A DNA stretch of 64,000 nucleotides, from assembly GCF_039541115.1 (NCBI RefSeq), contig NZ_BAABFP010000004.1:372001-436000 (forward strand). The letters are read 5' to 3'. Below are positions 19,366-29,467 of the stretch, piece by piece. A program made the position numbers and the translations under genes. Every line of letters begins with the position of its first letter. Positions within the stretch are counted from its first letter, which is position 1. This DNA comes from Angustibacter luteus. Its GTDB lineage: Bacteria; Actinomycetota; Actinomycetes; Actinomycetales; Angustibacteraceae. The notes beneath the pieces are model-generated. The model was not told where the DNA came from, made no database searches, and worked only from the letters and a program-made list of their open reading frames with translations.

Positions 19366-19845
19366 CTAGCGGTTGCGGCGCCAGACGGCGGCGGACAGCA
19401 CGGTCGCGAACGTGCACCAGGCGGCGTAGGCACCCAGTCCCGCGGCGGCCCGCCGGTCGACCGGCGCGGCCCGTCGGGCGAGGTCGGCACTGCTGGCGGC
19501 CAGCGCGCCGGCGACGGCGATGGCCGGGCCGAGCCGGTGGCCGCGGAAGAACACCCAGGTCCAGGACGCGTTGAGGGCGAGGTTCGCGGCGAGGGCGCCC
19601 TCGAAGCGCCGGGCCTGCTCGGGCTTCCCCTCGCTGCGCCAGGCCTCGATGGTGCTCGCGGACGACAGGGCGACGTCGGCGTACAGGGCGGTCCAGACGA
19701 TCGGGAAGACCACGGGCGGTGGCTGGATCGCGGGCTTGGACAGCCGGCGGTACCAGCCGGTGCGCACGTCCTGGCTGGCCTTGCCGCCGACGAGGGCGGT
19801 CGCGACGACGGCGGAGCCTGTACCGGCAAGCGTCCTGAGGAACAT
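19366..19845 (-). CDS. tspO: TspO/MBR tryptophan-rich sensory protein
   Basis: WYRRLSKPAIQPP..VFPIVWTALY, LNASWTWVFF, YAAWCTFA; ATG at 19845. Confidence 0.88.
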   Translation of the reverse strand: MFLRTLAGTGSAVVATALVGGKASQDVRTGWYRRLSKPAIQPPPVVFPIVWTALYADVALSSASTIEAWRSEGKPEQARRFEGALAANLALNASWTWVFFRGHRLGPAIAVAGALAASSADLARRAAPVDRRAAAGLGAYAAWCTFATVLSAAVWRRNR

Positions 19846-19900
19846 GCTGGGAGCACAGCACGGAATGTTCGGGCTCACCACCAGGGTTGACGCGATAGGA

Positions 19901-19918
19901 TATAGTTGAAGTCTCAAC
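19901..19918 (+). promoter_or_regulatory. -10 element overlapped by a palindromic operator upstream of the VOC gene
   Basis: TATAGT (19901-19906) overlapping GTTGA-AGTC-TCAAC (19905-19918); AAGGAG RBS follows. Confidence 0.6.
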
Positions 19919-19931
19919 AAAGGAGCCCAGC

Positions 19932-20438
19932 ATGCCGGTCACCCGCCTCAACCACGCCGTCCTCTTCGTGCGCGACGTCGAGCGCAGCGTCACCTTCTAC
20001 GGCGAGGCCCTCGGCTTCCGCCCCGTCCACCAGCTGCCGGGTGCCGCGTTCCTGCAGGCCGACGGCAGCCAGAACGACCACGACCTCGGCCTCTTCGAGA
20101 TCGGCTCGCAGGCGGGACCGTCCGGAGCCGGCCGCAGCACGGTCGGGCTGTACCACCTGGCCTGGGAGGTCGACACCCTCGACGAGCTCGAGCGGATCGG
20201 CCGCAAGCTCACCGAGCTGGGGTCGCTGGCCGGCGCCTCGGACCACGGCACGACCAAGGCGCTCTACGCCAAGGACCCGGACGACATCGAGTTCGAGGTG
20301 TCCTGGCTGGTGCCCGCCGAGCTCATCACTGACGACCTGGAGATGACGACGGCACCGCTCGACCTCGCCGCGGCCAAGGAGCGGTACGGCGCCACCACCC
20401 GCGGTGGGGTCGGCGTCTCGTTCCCCGCTCGCGTCTGA
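19932..20438 (+). CDS. VOC/glyoxalase family protein
   Basis: LNHAVLFVRD, GLYHLAWEV, YAKDPDDIEFE. Confidence 0.88.
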   Translation: MPVTRLNHAVLFVRDVERSVTFYGEALGFRPVHQLPGAAFLQADGSQNDHDLGLFEIGSQAGPSGAGRSTVGLYHLAWEVDTLDELERIGRKLTELGSLAGASDHGTTKALYAKDPDDIEFEVSWLVPAELITDDLEMTTAPLDLAAAKERYGATTRGGVGVSFPARV

Positions 20439-20470
20439 GGATCTGACCGGCAGCCTGCGACACTGTCGCC

Positions 20471-21205
20471 GTGGCGGCCATCGACCTCAACTGCGACCTC
20501 GGCGAGGGGTTCGGACGCTGGGCGCTGGGTGACGACGAGGCGCTGCTCGACGTCGTCACCAGCGCCAACGTCGCCTGCGGGTTCCATGCTGGTGACCCGA
20601 CGACGCTCGCCCGGGTGTGCGCGGGGGCGGTCGAGCGCGGCGTGAGCATCGGCGCCCAGGTCGGCTACCGCGACCTGCCGGGCTTCGGGCGGCGGTTCAT
20701 CGACATCGGGTACGACGACCTGCGGGCCGACGTGATCTACCAGATCGGTGCGTTGCAAGGGCTTTCGCGGGCGGGTGGGGGCCGGGTCGACTACGTCAAG
20801 CCGCACGGCGCGCTGTACCACGCCACGACCACCCACGAGCGGCAGGCGGCCGCCGTGGTGGATGCCGTCCGCGCGGTCGACCCCGACCTCGCCGTCCTCG
20901 GCTGGCCGGGGTCGCTGCTGCTCCAGGCGGCCGCGTCGGCCGGACTCCGTTGCGTCACCGAGGGTTTCGCCGATCGCCGGTACGGCGACGACGGCAGGCT
21001 CGTGGACCGCAGCCGCCCCGACGCACTCCTCACCGATCCGGCGGAGGTGACGGCGCAGGCGCTGTCCCTCGTCGGATCCGTGGACTCCCTGTGCCTGCAC
21101 GGTGACACCGACGGCGCCGCGGCGTTGGTGCTGGCTGTCCGGGCCGCGCTGACGGGCGCCGGGCACACGCTGCAGCCCTTCTGCGACACCGGCTCCGGGC
21201 GGTGA
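20471..21205 (+). CDS. pxpA: 5-oxoprolinase subunit A (LamB/YcsF)
   Basis: DLNCDLGEG, ANVACGFHAGD, VKPHGALY, CLHGD. Confidence 0.93.
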   Translation: MAAIDLNCDLGEGFGRWALGDDEALLDVVTSANVACGFHAGDPTTLARVCAGAVERGVSIGAQVGYRDLPGFGRRFIDIGYDDLRADVIYQIGALQGLSRAGGGRVDYVKPHGALYHATTTHERQAAAVVDAVRAVDPDLAVLGWPGSLLLQAAASAGLRCVTEGFADRRYGDDGRLVDRSRPDALLTDPAEVTAQALSLVGSVDSLCLHGDTDGAAALVLAVRAALTGAGHTLQPFCDTGSGR

Positions 21206-21849
21206 GCGCGCGGGCGGTGGACGAGCGGCTGGTGATCCGACCGGTCGGCGACCGGGCCCTCGTCGCCGACCTGGCCGACGCGGTCGGGCTGCGCTCGCTG
21301 ACCGCCACCCTGGCCGCTGCCCCACCCCCCGGCACCCTCGACCTGGTCCCGGGCGCGAACAGCCTGCTCCTCACGGTCGCGCGGGGCACCGACCTCGCGG
21401 CCGTCGCGCGCGCCGTCCGCGCCGCCGCCGCTCAGGTTGGTGAGCGGCCGGCGGATCCGGCCCCCGCGACGCCGGTCGTCATCGACGTCCGGTACGACGG
21501 TCCCGACCTCGCGTCGGCGGCCCAGTCGGCCGGGCTGACCCCGGGCGAGCTCGTGGCGCGGCACACCGCGGAGCCGTGGACCGTGGGGTTCATGGGTTTC
21601 GCGCCCGGGTTCGGCTACCTCGTCGGCGGCGACGACTGGCCGATCGTGCCCCGCCGCGAGCACCCGCGCCGCGCCGTCCCGGCCGGCTCGGTCGCCCTGG
21701 CCGGTCGATACAGCGGGGTGTACCCCCGCGAGTCGCCGGGGGGCTGGCAGCTGATCGGGACGACCAGCGCCGCCCTGTGGGACCTCGACCGCGCCCCGCC
21801 CGCGCTGCTCGCCCCCGGGACGCCGGTCCGGTTCCGGGAGAGCGGATGA
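21202..21849 (+). CDS. pxpB: 5-oxoprolinase subunit B
   Basis: YDGPDL, GFAPGFGYL, YPRESPGGWQLIG. Confidence 0.92.
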   Translation: MSARAVDERLVIRPVGDRALVADLADAVGLRSLTATLAAAPPPGTLDLVPGANSLLLTVARGTDLAAVARAVRAAAAQVGERPADPAPATPVVIDVRYDGPDLASAAQSAGLTPGELVARHTAEPWTVGFMGFAPGFGYLVGGDDWPIVPRREHPRRAVPAGSVALAGRYSGVYPRESPGGWQLIGTTSAALWDLDRAPPALLAPGTPVRFRESG

Positions 21850-22718
21850 CGACGTTCGAGGTGCTCGCCACCGGACCGCTCGCCACGGTGCAGGACGCCG
21901 GGCGCGCCGGGCTCGCGCACCTGGGCGTCGGGCCCTCCGGGGCGGCCGACCGGACCTCGCTGGGGCAGGTGAACCGGCTGCTCGGCAACGCCGAGGGTGC
22001 CGCGGCGGTGGAGGTCACTCTCGGCGGGCTTCACTTGCGCGCCAACGGTTCTGCCGACGTCGCGGTGGTCGGCGCGCCCGCGCAGGTGCACCTGGGTCGC
22101 CGCGCGATCGGGTCGGGGACGCCGTTCCGGGTCGAGGCCGGCGACGAGCTGACCCTGGCCGCGCCGTCGCGCGGGTTGCGCAGCTACCTGGGTGTCCGCG
22201 GCGGCATCACCACGGACCCGGTGCTGGGCAGCCGGTCCAGCGACCTGCTCGCCGGGGTCGGACCTGGACCACTGCGGCCCGGCGACGTGCTGCCGGTGGG
22301 AGCGGACGTCGGCCCGTGGCCGGGCGTCGACGTCCTGACCTGGCTGACCGACCCCGCCGAGCACCGGCGGCTACGTGCCGTCGCCGGTCCTCGGCGGGAG
22401 TGGTTCAGCGACGCCGCGCTCGATGATCTCGCGGGCGGTCCCTGGCGCGTGTCCGGCGACGCCAACCGCACGGCCGTCGTGCTGGATGGTCCGGCGATCA
22501 TCCGTAGCCACGACGGCGAGCTCCCGCCGGAAGGCATGGTGCGCGGCGCGATCCAGGTGCCGCCGAGCGGGCGGCCCACGATCCTGCTCGCCGACCACCC
22601 GGTGACCGGCGGGTACCCGGTGCTGGCGGTGCTGCTCGCCGAGGACGTCGACTGGCTGGCGCAGCTGCGTCCCGGTGACCCCGTGCTGCTCCAACCAGTA
22701 GTGGCGCCAGTCCTGTGA
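21846..22718 (+). CDS. pxpC: 5-oxoprolinase subunit C
   Basis: TVQDAGR, GLRSYLGVRGG, GAIQVPP, DHPVTGGYP; ATG at 21846. Confidence 0.92.
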   Translation: MTTFEVLATGPLATVQDAGRAGLAHLGVGPSGAADRTSLGQVNRLLGNAEGAAAVEVTLGGLHLRANGSADVAVVGAPAQVHLGRRAIGSGTPFRVEAGDELTLAAPSRGLRSYLGVRGGITTDPVLGSRSSDLLAGVGPGPLRPGDVLPVGADVGPWPGVDVLTWLTDPAEHRRLRAVAGPRREWFSDAALDDLAGGPWRVSGDANRTAVVLDGPAIIRSHDGELPPEGMVRGAIQVPPSGRPTILLADHPVTGGYPVLAVLLAEDVDWLAQLRPGDPVLLQPVVAPVL

Positions 22719-23593
22719 CGGGGGCCGCCACGACGGGGCCGCTGCGCCTGACGCCGATGGGCCGACACGACTCGCCTCGCCTGCTGGCCTTCGTCGGCGC
22801 CCACGCGGTGCCGGGCGTCGAGGCCTGGGACGGCACGGTCTGGACGTCGTCCCTGCACCTGCCGCACGGCCCCGGCGTCCTGCAGGTGTCCGCGGCCGAT
22901 CGCGGTTACGACGTCCGACTGCGCCTGAGCGACCCCGCCGACGAGCCGGTGGCCGTCGCCCGGCTCGTGCGCCTGCTCGACCTGGACCGGGACGTCGCCG
23001 CCGCCGAGGCGCACCTGGGCGCCGACCCCGTGCTGGCCCCGTTGGTGGCCCGCCGGCCGGGGCTGCGCGTCCCCGCGGAGCTGGACGCCTTCGAGACGCT
23101 GGTGCGCACGATCATCGGTCAGCAGATCTCGGTGTCCGGGGCGCGCACCGTGACGGCCCGGCTGGTGCGGGCGGCCGGCACGGCGCTGCCGCCGGCCCTG
23201 CAGCTGTATCCGGACGTGACGCACACGTTCCCGTTGGCGCGCACGGTGGCCGCGCTCGACCCGGACGGCGAGGCGCTGGCGATGCCGCGCGCCCGGGCTC
23301 GGGCGGTGGTGGCGGCGGGGTGGGCGTTCGCCGATCGCGAGCCGGGCGGGGGCGCGCCGAGCCGGGCTGAGCTGCTCGCCCTGCCGGGCATCGGACCGTG
23401 GACCGCGGACTACCTGGACCTGCGGGTCCGGCGTGATCCGGACGTGCTGATGGTCACCGATCTGGCCGTGCGACGAGCGCTGGAGGCGCTGGGTGTGCGA
23501 GGCTCCGCTCAGGTGGCCGCGGTCGGCGAGACCTGGCGCCCGTTCCGCTCGACCGCACTCATGCACCTGTGGGCGGAGTACCTGCACCTGTGA
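22715..23593 (+). CDS. alkA: DNA-3-methyladenine glycosylase II (AlkA N-domain plus HhH)
   Basis: IIGQQISV, LPGIGPWTADY, DLAVRR, WRPFRS; GTGA overlap with the pxpC stop. Confidence 0.88.
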   Translation: MTGAATTGPLRLTPMGRHDSPRLLAFVGAHAVPGVEAWDGTVWTSSLHLPHGPGVLQVSAADRGYDVRLRLSDPADEPVAVARLVRLLDLDRDVAAAEAHLGADPVLAPLVARRPGLRVPAELDAFETLVRTIIGQQISVSGARTVTARLVRAAGTALPPALQLYPDVTHTFPLARTVAALDPDGEALAMPRARARAVVAAGWAFADREPGGGAPSRAELLALPGIGPWTADYLDLRVRRDPDVLMVTDLAVRRALEALGVRGSAQVAAVGETWRPFRSTALMHLWAEYLHL

Positions 23594-23604
23594 CCCCGGC
23601 TAGA

Positions 23605-23629
23605 TTTACTTAGGGTTCCTATGTAAACT
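23605..23629 (+). promoter_or_regulatory. Palindromic operator overlapping the -10 of a leaderless marR
   Basis: TTTAC-T-TAGG-GTT-CCTA-T-GTAAA; TAAACT at 23624-23629 with ATG at 23636. Confidence 0.65.
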
Positions 23630-23635
23630 GCTGGG

Positions 23636-24121
23636 ATGGACACCTCGACCAGTGGGACCCACAGCGGTTCCTTCGGCACCCCGGACGAGCGCGAGCTGGC
23701 CTTCCAGCTCGTCGCCAGCAGCGCCCGACTGGTGCGGCTCGCCGCCCGGCAGAGCGCGTCCCCGGTGCCGCGCGCCCTGGCCCGGACCCTGAGCGTCGTC
23801 AACGAGCTCGGGGAGCCCCGGATCAGCGACCTCGCTGCCGCCGACCGGATCTCGCAACCCACCGCGACGACGCTCGTCCAGAAGCTCGAGGAGCGCGGCT
23901 GGGTCCAGCGCACCGCCGACCCGACCGACGCTCGCGCCGTCCGGATCGCCATCACCGAAGCCGGACGCGCGGCCATCACCGAGTTCCGGCAGGCCGCCGC
24001 CGACGCCCTCGCTCCCCGGCTGGCCGCCCTCAGCGCCGCCGACCAGCGGGCGCTGGCCCGCGGCGTCCAGGCGCTCACCACCCTGCTCGACCACCAGCCC
24101 CACCAGGAGGAATCCGTATGA
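23636..24121 (+). CDS. MarR-family regulator
   Basis: RISDLAAADRISQPTATTLVQKLEERGWVQR..DPTDAR. Confidence 0.9.
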   Translation: MDTSTSGTHSGSFGTPDERELAFQLVASSARLVRLAARQSASPVPRALARTLSVVNELGEPRISDLAAADRISQPTATTLVQKLEERGWVQRTADPTDARAVRIAITEAGRAAITEFRQAAADALAPRLAALSAADQRALARGVQALTTLLDHQPHQEESV

Positions 24122-25350
24122 CCACCGGCTCCACCCAGTCCTCGATCCTGCACCAGCCCCGCGCCGTCTGGGCTGTCGCGTTCGCCTGCGTCATCGCGTT
24201 CATGGGCATCGGGTTGGTCGACCCGATCCTCAAGCCCATCGCGGAGCAGCTGGACGCGTCGCCCTCCCAGGTGTCGCTCCTGTTCACCAGCTACATGGCG
24301 GTGACCGGCGTGGCGATGCTGATCACGGGGTGGCTGTCGAGCCGGTTCGGCGCCAAGCGCGTGCTGCTGGCCGGACTGGCGATCATCGTCGTGTTCGCCG
24401 CCCTCGCCGGGTCGAGCGACACCATCGGCCAGATCGTCGGCTTCCGCGGTGGCTGGGGGCTCGGCAACGCGCTCTTCATCGCGACCGCGCTGGCCACCAT
24501 CGTCGGTGCCGCCAGCGGCGGGGTCGCCAGCGCCATCATCCTGTACGAGGCCGCGCTCGGCATCGGCATCGCCGCCGGCCCGCTGCTCGGCGGGTTCCTC
24601 GGCGACATCTCGTGGCGCGGCCCGTTCTACGGCGTCTCCGCGCTGATGGCCGTCGCCTTCGTGGCGATCGCGATCTTCCTGCCGAAGCTGCCGCGCCCCG
24701 AGCGCACCACCAGCCTGCTCGACCCGTTCCGCGCCCTGCGCCACCGCAGCCTGCTGACCATGGCCATCACCGCGCTGCTCTACAACTTCGGCTTCTTCAC
24801 GCTGCTCGCCTTCACGCCCTTCCCGCTCGCGATGGGCGCCCACCAGATCGGCCTCATCTTCTTTGGCTGGGGCGTCTGCCTGGCGGTCGCGTCCGTGTTC
24901 GTCGCGCCGCGGCTGCAGCGCCGGTTCGGCACGCTGCCCGTGGTCGCCGCCGCCCTGACCGCCTTCGCCGTCGACCTCGCCGTCATGGCCGTCTACACCG
25001 ACGACAAGTCGGTGCTCGTGGTCTGCGTCGTCGTCGCCGGGGTCTTCCTGGGCATCAACAACACGCTGGTCACTGAGGCCGTCATGCTCGCCGCCCCCGT
25101 CGAGCGCGGCACCGCCAGCGCGGCGTACAGCTTCGTCCGCTTCGGTGGCGGCGCCATCGCGCCGTACCTCGCCGGCAAGCTCGGCGAGGAGGTCAACGTG
25201 CACGTGCCGTTCTGGGTCGGCGCGGGCGCGACGGCGCTCGCGGTCGTCGTCCTGCTGTCCGGACGTCGGGTGCTGGCCCACGTGGACGACCACGAGCCCG
25301 CGGCGCACAGCGTCGACGAGGCCCGCGTCCTGGTCGCCGCCGACGCCTGA
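24118..25350 (+). CDS. MFS transporter
   Basis: About 12 TM segments, GWLSSRFGAKR motif A; coupled to marR. Confidence 0.92.
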   Translation: MTTGSTQSSILHQPRAVWAVAFACVIAFMGIGLVDPILKPIAEQLDASPSQVSLLFTSYMAVTGVAMLITGWLSSRFGAKRVLLAGLAIIVVFAALAGSSDTIGQIVGFRGGWGLGNALFIATALATIVGAASGGVASAIILYEAALGIGIAAGPLLGGFLGDISWRGPFYGVSALMAVAFVAIAIFLPKLPRPERTTSLLDPFRALRHRSLLTMAITALLYNFGFFTLLAFTPFPLAMGAHQIGLIFFGWGVCLAVASVFVAPRLQRRFGTLPVVAAALTAFAVDLAVMAVYTDDKSVLVVCVVVAGVFLGINNTLVTEAVMLAAPVERGTASAAYSFVRFGGGAIAPYLAGKLGEEVNVHVPFWVGAGATALAVVVLLSGRRVLAHVDDHEPAAHSVDEARVLVAADA

Positions 25351-25363
25351 CCCCCGCCCGCCC

Positions 25364-25426
25364 CGCAGATGTCCCGACATCCGGTTCAAAGAAGCCCCTT
25401 TGAGCCCGGATGTCGGGACATCTGCG
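25364..25426. repeat. Long palindromic hairpin (21-bp perfect arms) between convergent genes
   Basis: CGCAGATGTCCCGACATCCGG (25364-25384) / CCGGATGTCGGGACATCTGCG (25406-25426), plus inner TCAAAG/CTTTGA stem. Confidence 0.85.
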
Positions 25427-25447
25427 ATGGGGGCGGCGCAGGGATGG

Positions 25448-27640
25448 TCAGGGGGTGATGCGGGCGGCGAGGTCGGCGACGGTCATCGGCCGTCCGAGGT
25501 GGAAGCCCTGCACGAGGTCGCACTGCATCGCCCGCAGCGCCTCGAGCTGGTCCGCGGTCTCCACGCCCTCCGCGATCACGAACAGGTCGTGCGCGTGGGC
25601 GAGCTCGATGACGGCGCGCACCACGGCGGCGGAGCGCCGGTCCCGGCACACGTCGGCCACGAACGACCGGTCGATCTTCATGAAGTCGAGGTCGAACCGG
25701 CGCAGGTAGCTGAGCGCCGAGTAGCCGGTCCCGAAGTCGTCGAGCCCGATCCGGCCGCCGAGCTCGCGCAGCCCGCGCAGGTTCTCGACCAGGGTGGGCG
25801 TCGGCTCGGCGAGCGACCCCTCGGTGATCTCGAACCGCAGCTGGCTCGCGCCGTTGCGGCCGAGCACGGCGGAGATCCGGTCGGCCAGGCCGGCGACCTG
25901 CAGCGACAGCGGAGAGAGGTTGACCGCGATGTTGATGTCCGGCACCAGCGGCTGCCGCAGCACCTGCTCGACGGCGTGCGTGAACACCGCGACGTCGAGG
26001 TCGACGATCAACCCGGTGGCCTCCGCGACCGGCACGAACTCCAACGGCGGGATGGTCATGCCGTCGACCGTCATCCGGGCCAGCGCCTCGCAGCCCCGCA
26101 CCCGGTCGTCGCCGACGGTGGCGCCGAGCTTGATGATCGGCTGGTAGACGGGCAGCACGGTGTTGTCGGCCAGGGCGGTGCGCAGCCGGCTCTCCATGTC
26201 CTGCCGGGTCACCGTGCGCGAACGCAGCTCGGCGTCGAACACCACGACCCGGTCGCCACCGGCCCCCTTCGCGGCGGCGGCGGACAGCTCAGCCTGGCGG
26301 TACAGCTCGGACGAGCTCACGGGTGAGGTCTCATCGACGACCGTGACCCCGATGCTGATGCTGGCGACCACCGGCTGGTCTGCCCCGGACAACCGGTACG
26401 GCTCGGTCAGCTCGCGGTGCAGCCGGTACGCGAGCCGCTCGGCCTCGCCGGCCGTCGTCCGCTCCAGGACGAGGCCGAACTCGTTGCCGCCCAGCCGGGC
26501 GGCCGTGCAGCCGGGCAGGTCGACGGCGGCGAGCCGCCGTCCGAGCTCGACCAGCAGCGCGTCCCCGACGGGGTGGCCGTAGCGGTCGTTGACCGCGTGG
26601 AACCGGTCGACGTCCACCAGCAGCAGGCCGCCCCCCTCGTGCCCTGCCCGGCGCGACAGCGCCTCGTGCAGCAGCTCCTCGGCCTGGGCCCGGTTGGCCA
26701 GCTCGGTGAGGGAGTCGGTCATCGTCAGGCGGCGGACGGCGGCCTCGGCCTCGCGCCGGTCGGTGACCTCCTGGGTGGTCCCCCACAGGCCGGTCACGGT
26801 GCCGTCGGCGTCGACGACGGACTCGGCCCACATGTGCCAGTGCCGCCAGCCGTCCTCCCACCGGTACCGGATGTCGACCTCGGCGGTCTCCTGCCCGGCG
26901 AACAGCGCGCCGAGCATCTGGTCGTGGGCCGGGCGGTCCTCGGGGTGGATGCCGTCGAGGTAGTCCTGCATGGTCTTCTGCTCGCCGGCGATGCCCATGC
27001 CGCGGCCGTCACCGTCGAGCCACTGAACCCCGGTGTCGCCGAGCTGGTAGCGCCACACGGACAGCCGGGCCATCCGCTGGGCGACGCTGAGCAGGTGGTC
27101 GCGGTCCCGGCGGGCGGCGACGTCGGCGTCCGCGTCGGGTCTGCTGATCGTCACGGCGATGGCGTCGGGCGCCCGGACGTCGTCCGCGGCGGAGTCTTCG
27201 CCGTCCGCCGACATGGGCGTGGCCCGGACGGTCAGCCAGCTGACGGTGCCGCCCGAACCGGGCACCCCGACGATGCGCTCGGAGACGAGCCCGGTGACCA
27301 GCGCGACGCGCAGCGGGTTCTCGGCGTCGGTGACGGGTCGGCCCTGCGGCCCGAGGGTGGCGCCCCACACCTGCAGGCCGTCCAGCCCGACCAGGTCGGT
27401 GCGTCCGAGGAGCTCGGCGGCGGCGTGGTTGGCGCGCTCGATGCGGCCGTCGGCGCCGTGCAGGACGAGTCCCTCACGCAGCAGGTCGGTGACTCCGGCG
27501 TCCCAGGCGGACGGCGCGAGGTCGTGGTCTCGGGTGTCGCGGCGCCGGTCTGCCGTCCGCGGGCGTGGCAGATCGCCACGGCGCGCGGGGGCAGGGGGCA
27601 GAGCGGTCACGCCCTTCTGATCGGCATCCGCGGCGGCCAT
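25448..27640 (-). CDS. PAS-PAS-GGDEF-EAL c-di-GMP signalling protein (probable phosphodiesterase)
   Basis: IHPEDR PAS, DSLTELANR, degenerate RLGGNEF, intact EAL, EITE, DDFGTGYS, KID, EGVE; start uncertain (27610-27694). Confidence 0.9.
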   Translation of the reverse strand: MAAADADQKGVTALPPAPARRGDLPRPRTADRRRDTRDHDLAPSAWDAGVTDLLREGLVLHGADGRIERANHAAAELLGRTDLVGLDGLQVWGATLGPQGRPVTDAENPLRVALVTGLVSERIVGVPGSGGTVSWLTVRATPMSADGEDSAADDVRAPDAIAVTISRPDADADVAARRDRDHLLSVAQRMARLSVWRYQLGDTGVQWLDGDGRGMGIAGEQKTMQDYLDGIHPEDRPAHDQMLGALFAGQETAEVDIRYRWEDGWRHWHMWAESVVDADGTVTGLWGTTQEVTDRREAEAAVRRLTMTDSLTELANRAQAEELLHEALSRRAGHEGGGLLLVDVDRFHAVNDRYGHPVGDALLVELGRRLAAVDLPGCTAARLGGNEFGLVLERTTAGEAERLAYRLHRELTEPYRLSGADQPVVASISIGVTVVDETSPVSSSELYRQAELSAAAAKGAGGDRVVVFDAELRSRTVTRQDMESRLRTALADNTVLPVYQPIIKLGATVGDDRVRGCEALARMTVDGMTIPPLEFVPVAEATGLIVDLDVAVFTHAVEQVLRQPLVPDINIAVNLSPLSLQVAGLADRISAVLGRNGASQLRFEITEGSLAEPTPTLVENLRGLRELGGRIGLDDFGTGYSALSYLRRFDLDFMKIDRSFVADVCRDRRSAAVVRAVIELAHAHDLFVIAEGVETADQLEALRAMQCDLVQGFHLGRPMTVADLAARITP

Positions 27641-27708
27641 CTGAACCGAAACGCGAGGAGCCGGAAGCAACCCTCGCGTTCGACGGGACGACATGGCAGA
27701 GTCCCCCC

Positions 27709-29343
<1,635 letters not shown>

Positions 29344-29371
29344 GCGCCCCCGCCGTGCCACCTACCCCACC

Positions 29372-29442
29372 CCCGCCGTGATCATGCACGTTCGCCCGAC
29401 GCGGAGCAGGTTGCCGGGGTGAACGTGCATGATCACCGCGGG
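29372..29442. repeat. REP-like palindrome (16-bp perfect arms) between convergent genes
   Basis: GTGATCATGCACGTTC (29378-29393) / GAACGTGCATGATCAC (29421-29436), extended by CCCGC/GCGGG. Confidence 0.85.
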
Positions 29443-29467
29443 AGCGGGGGGTGCGGGCGGGGAGGAG

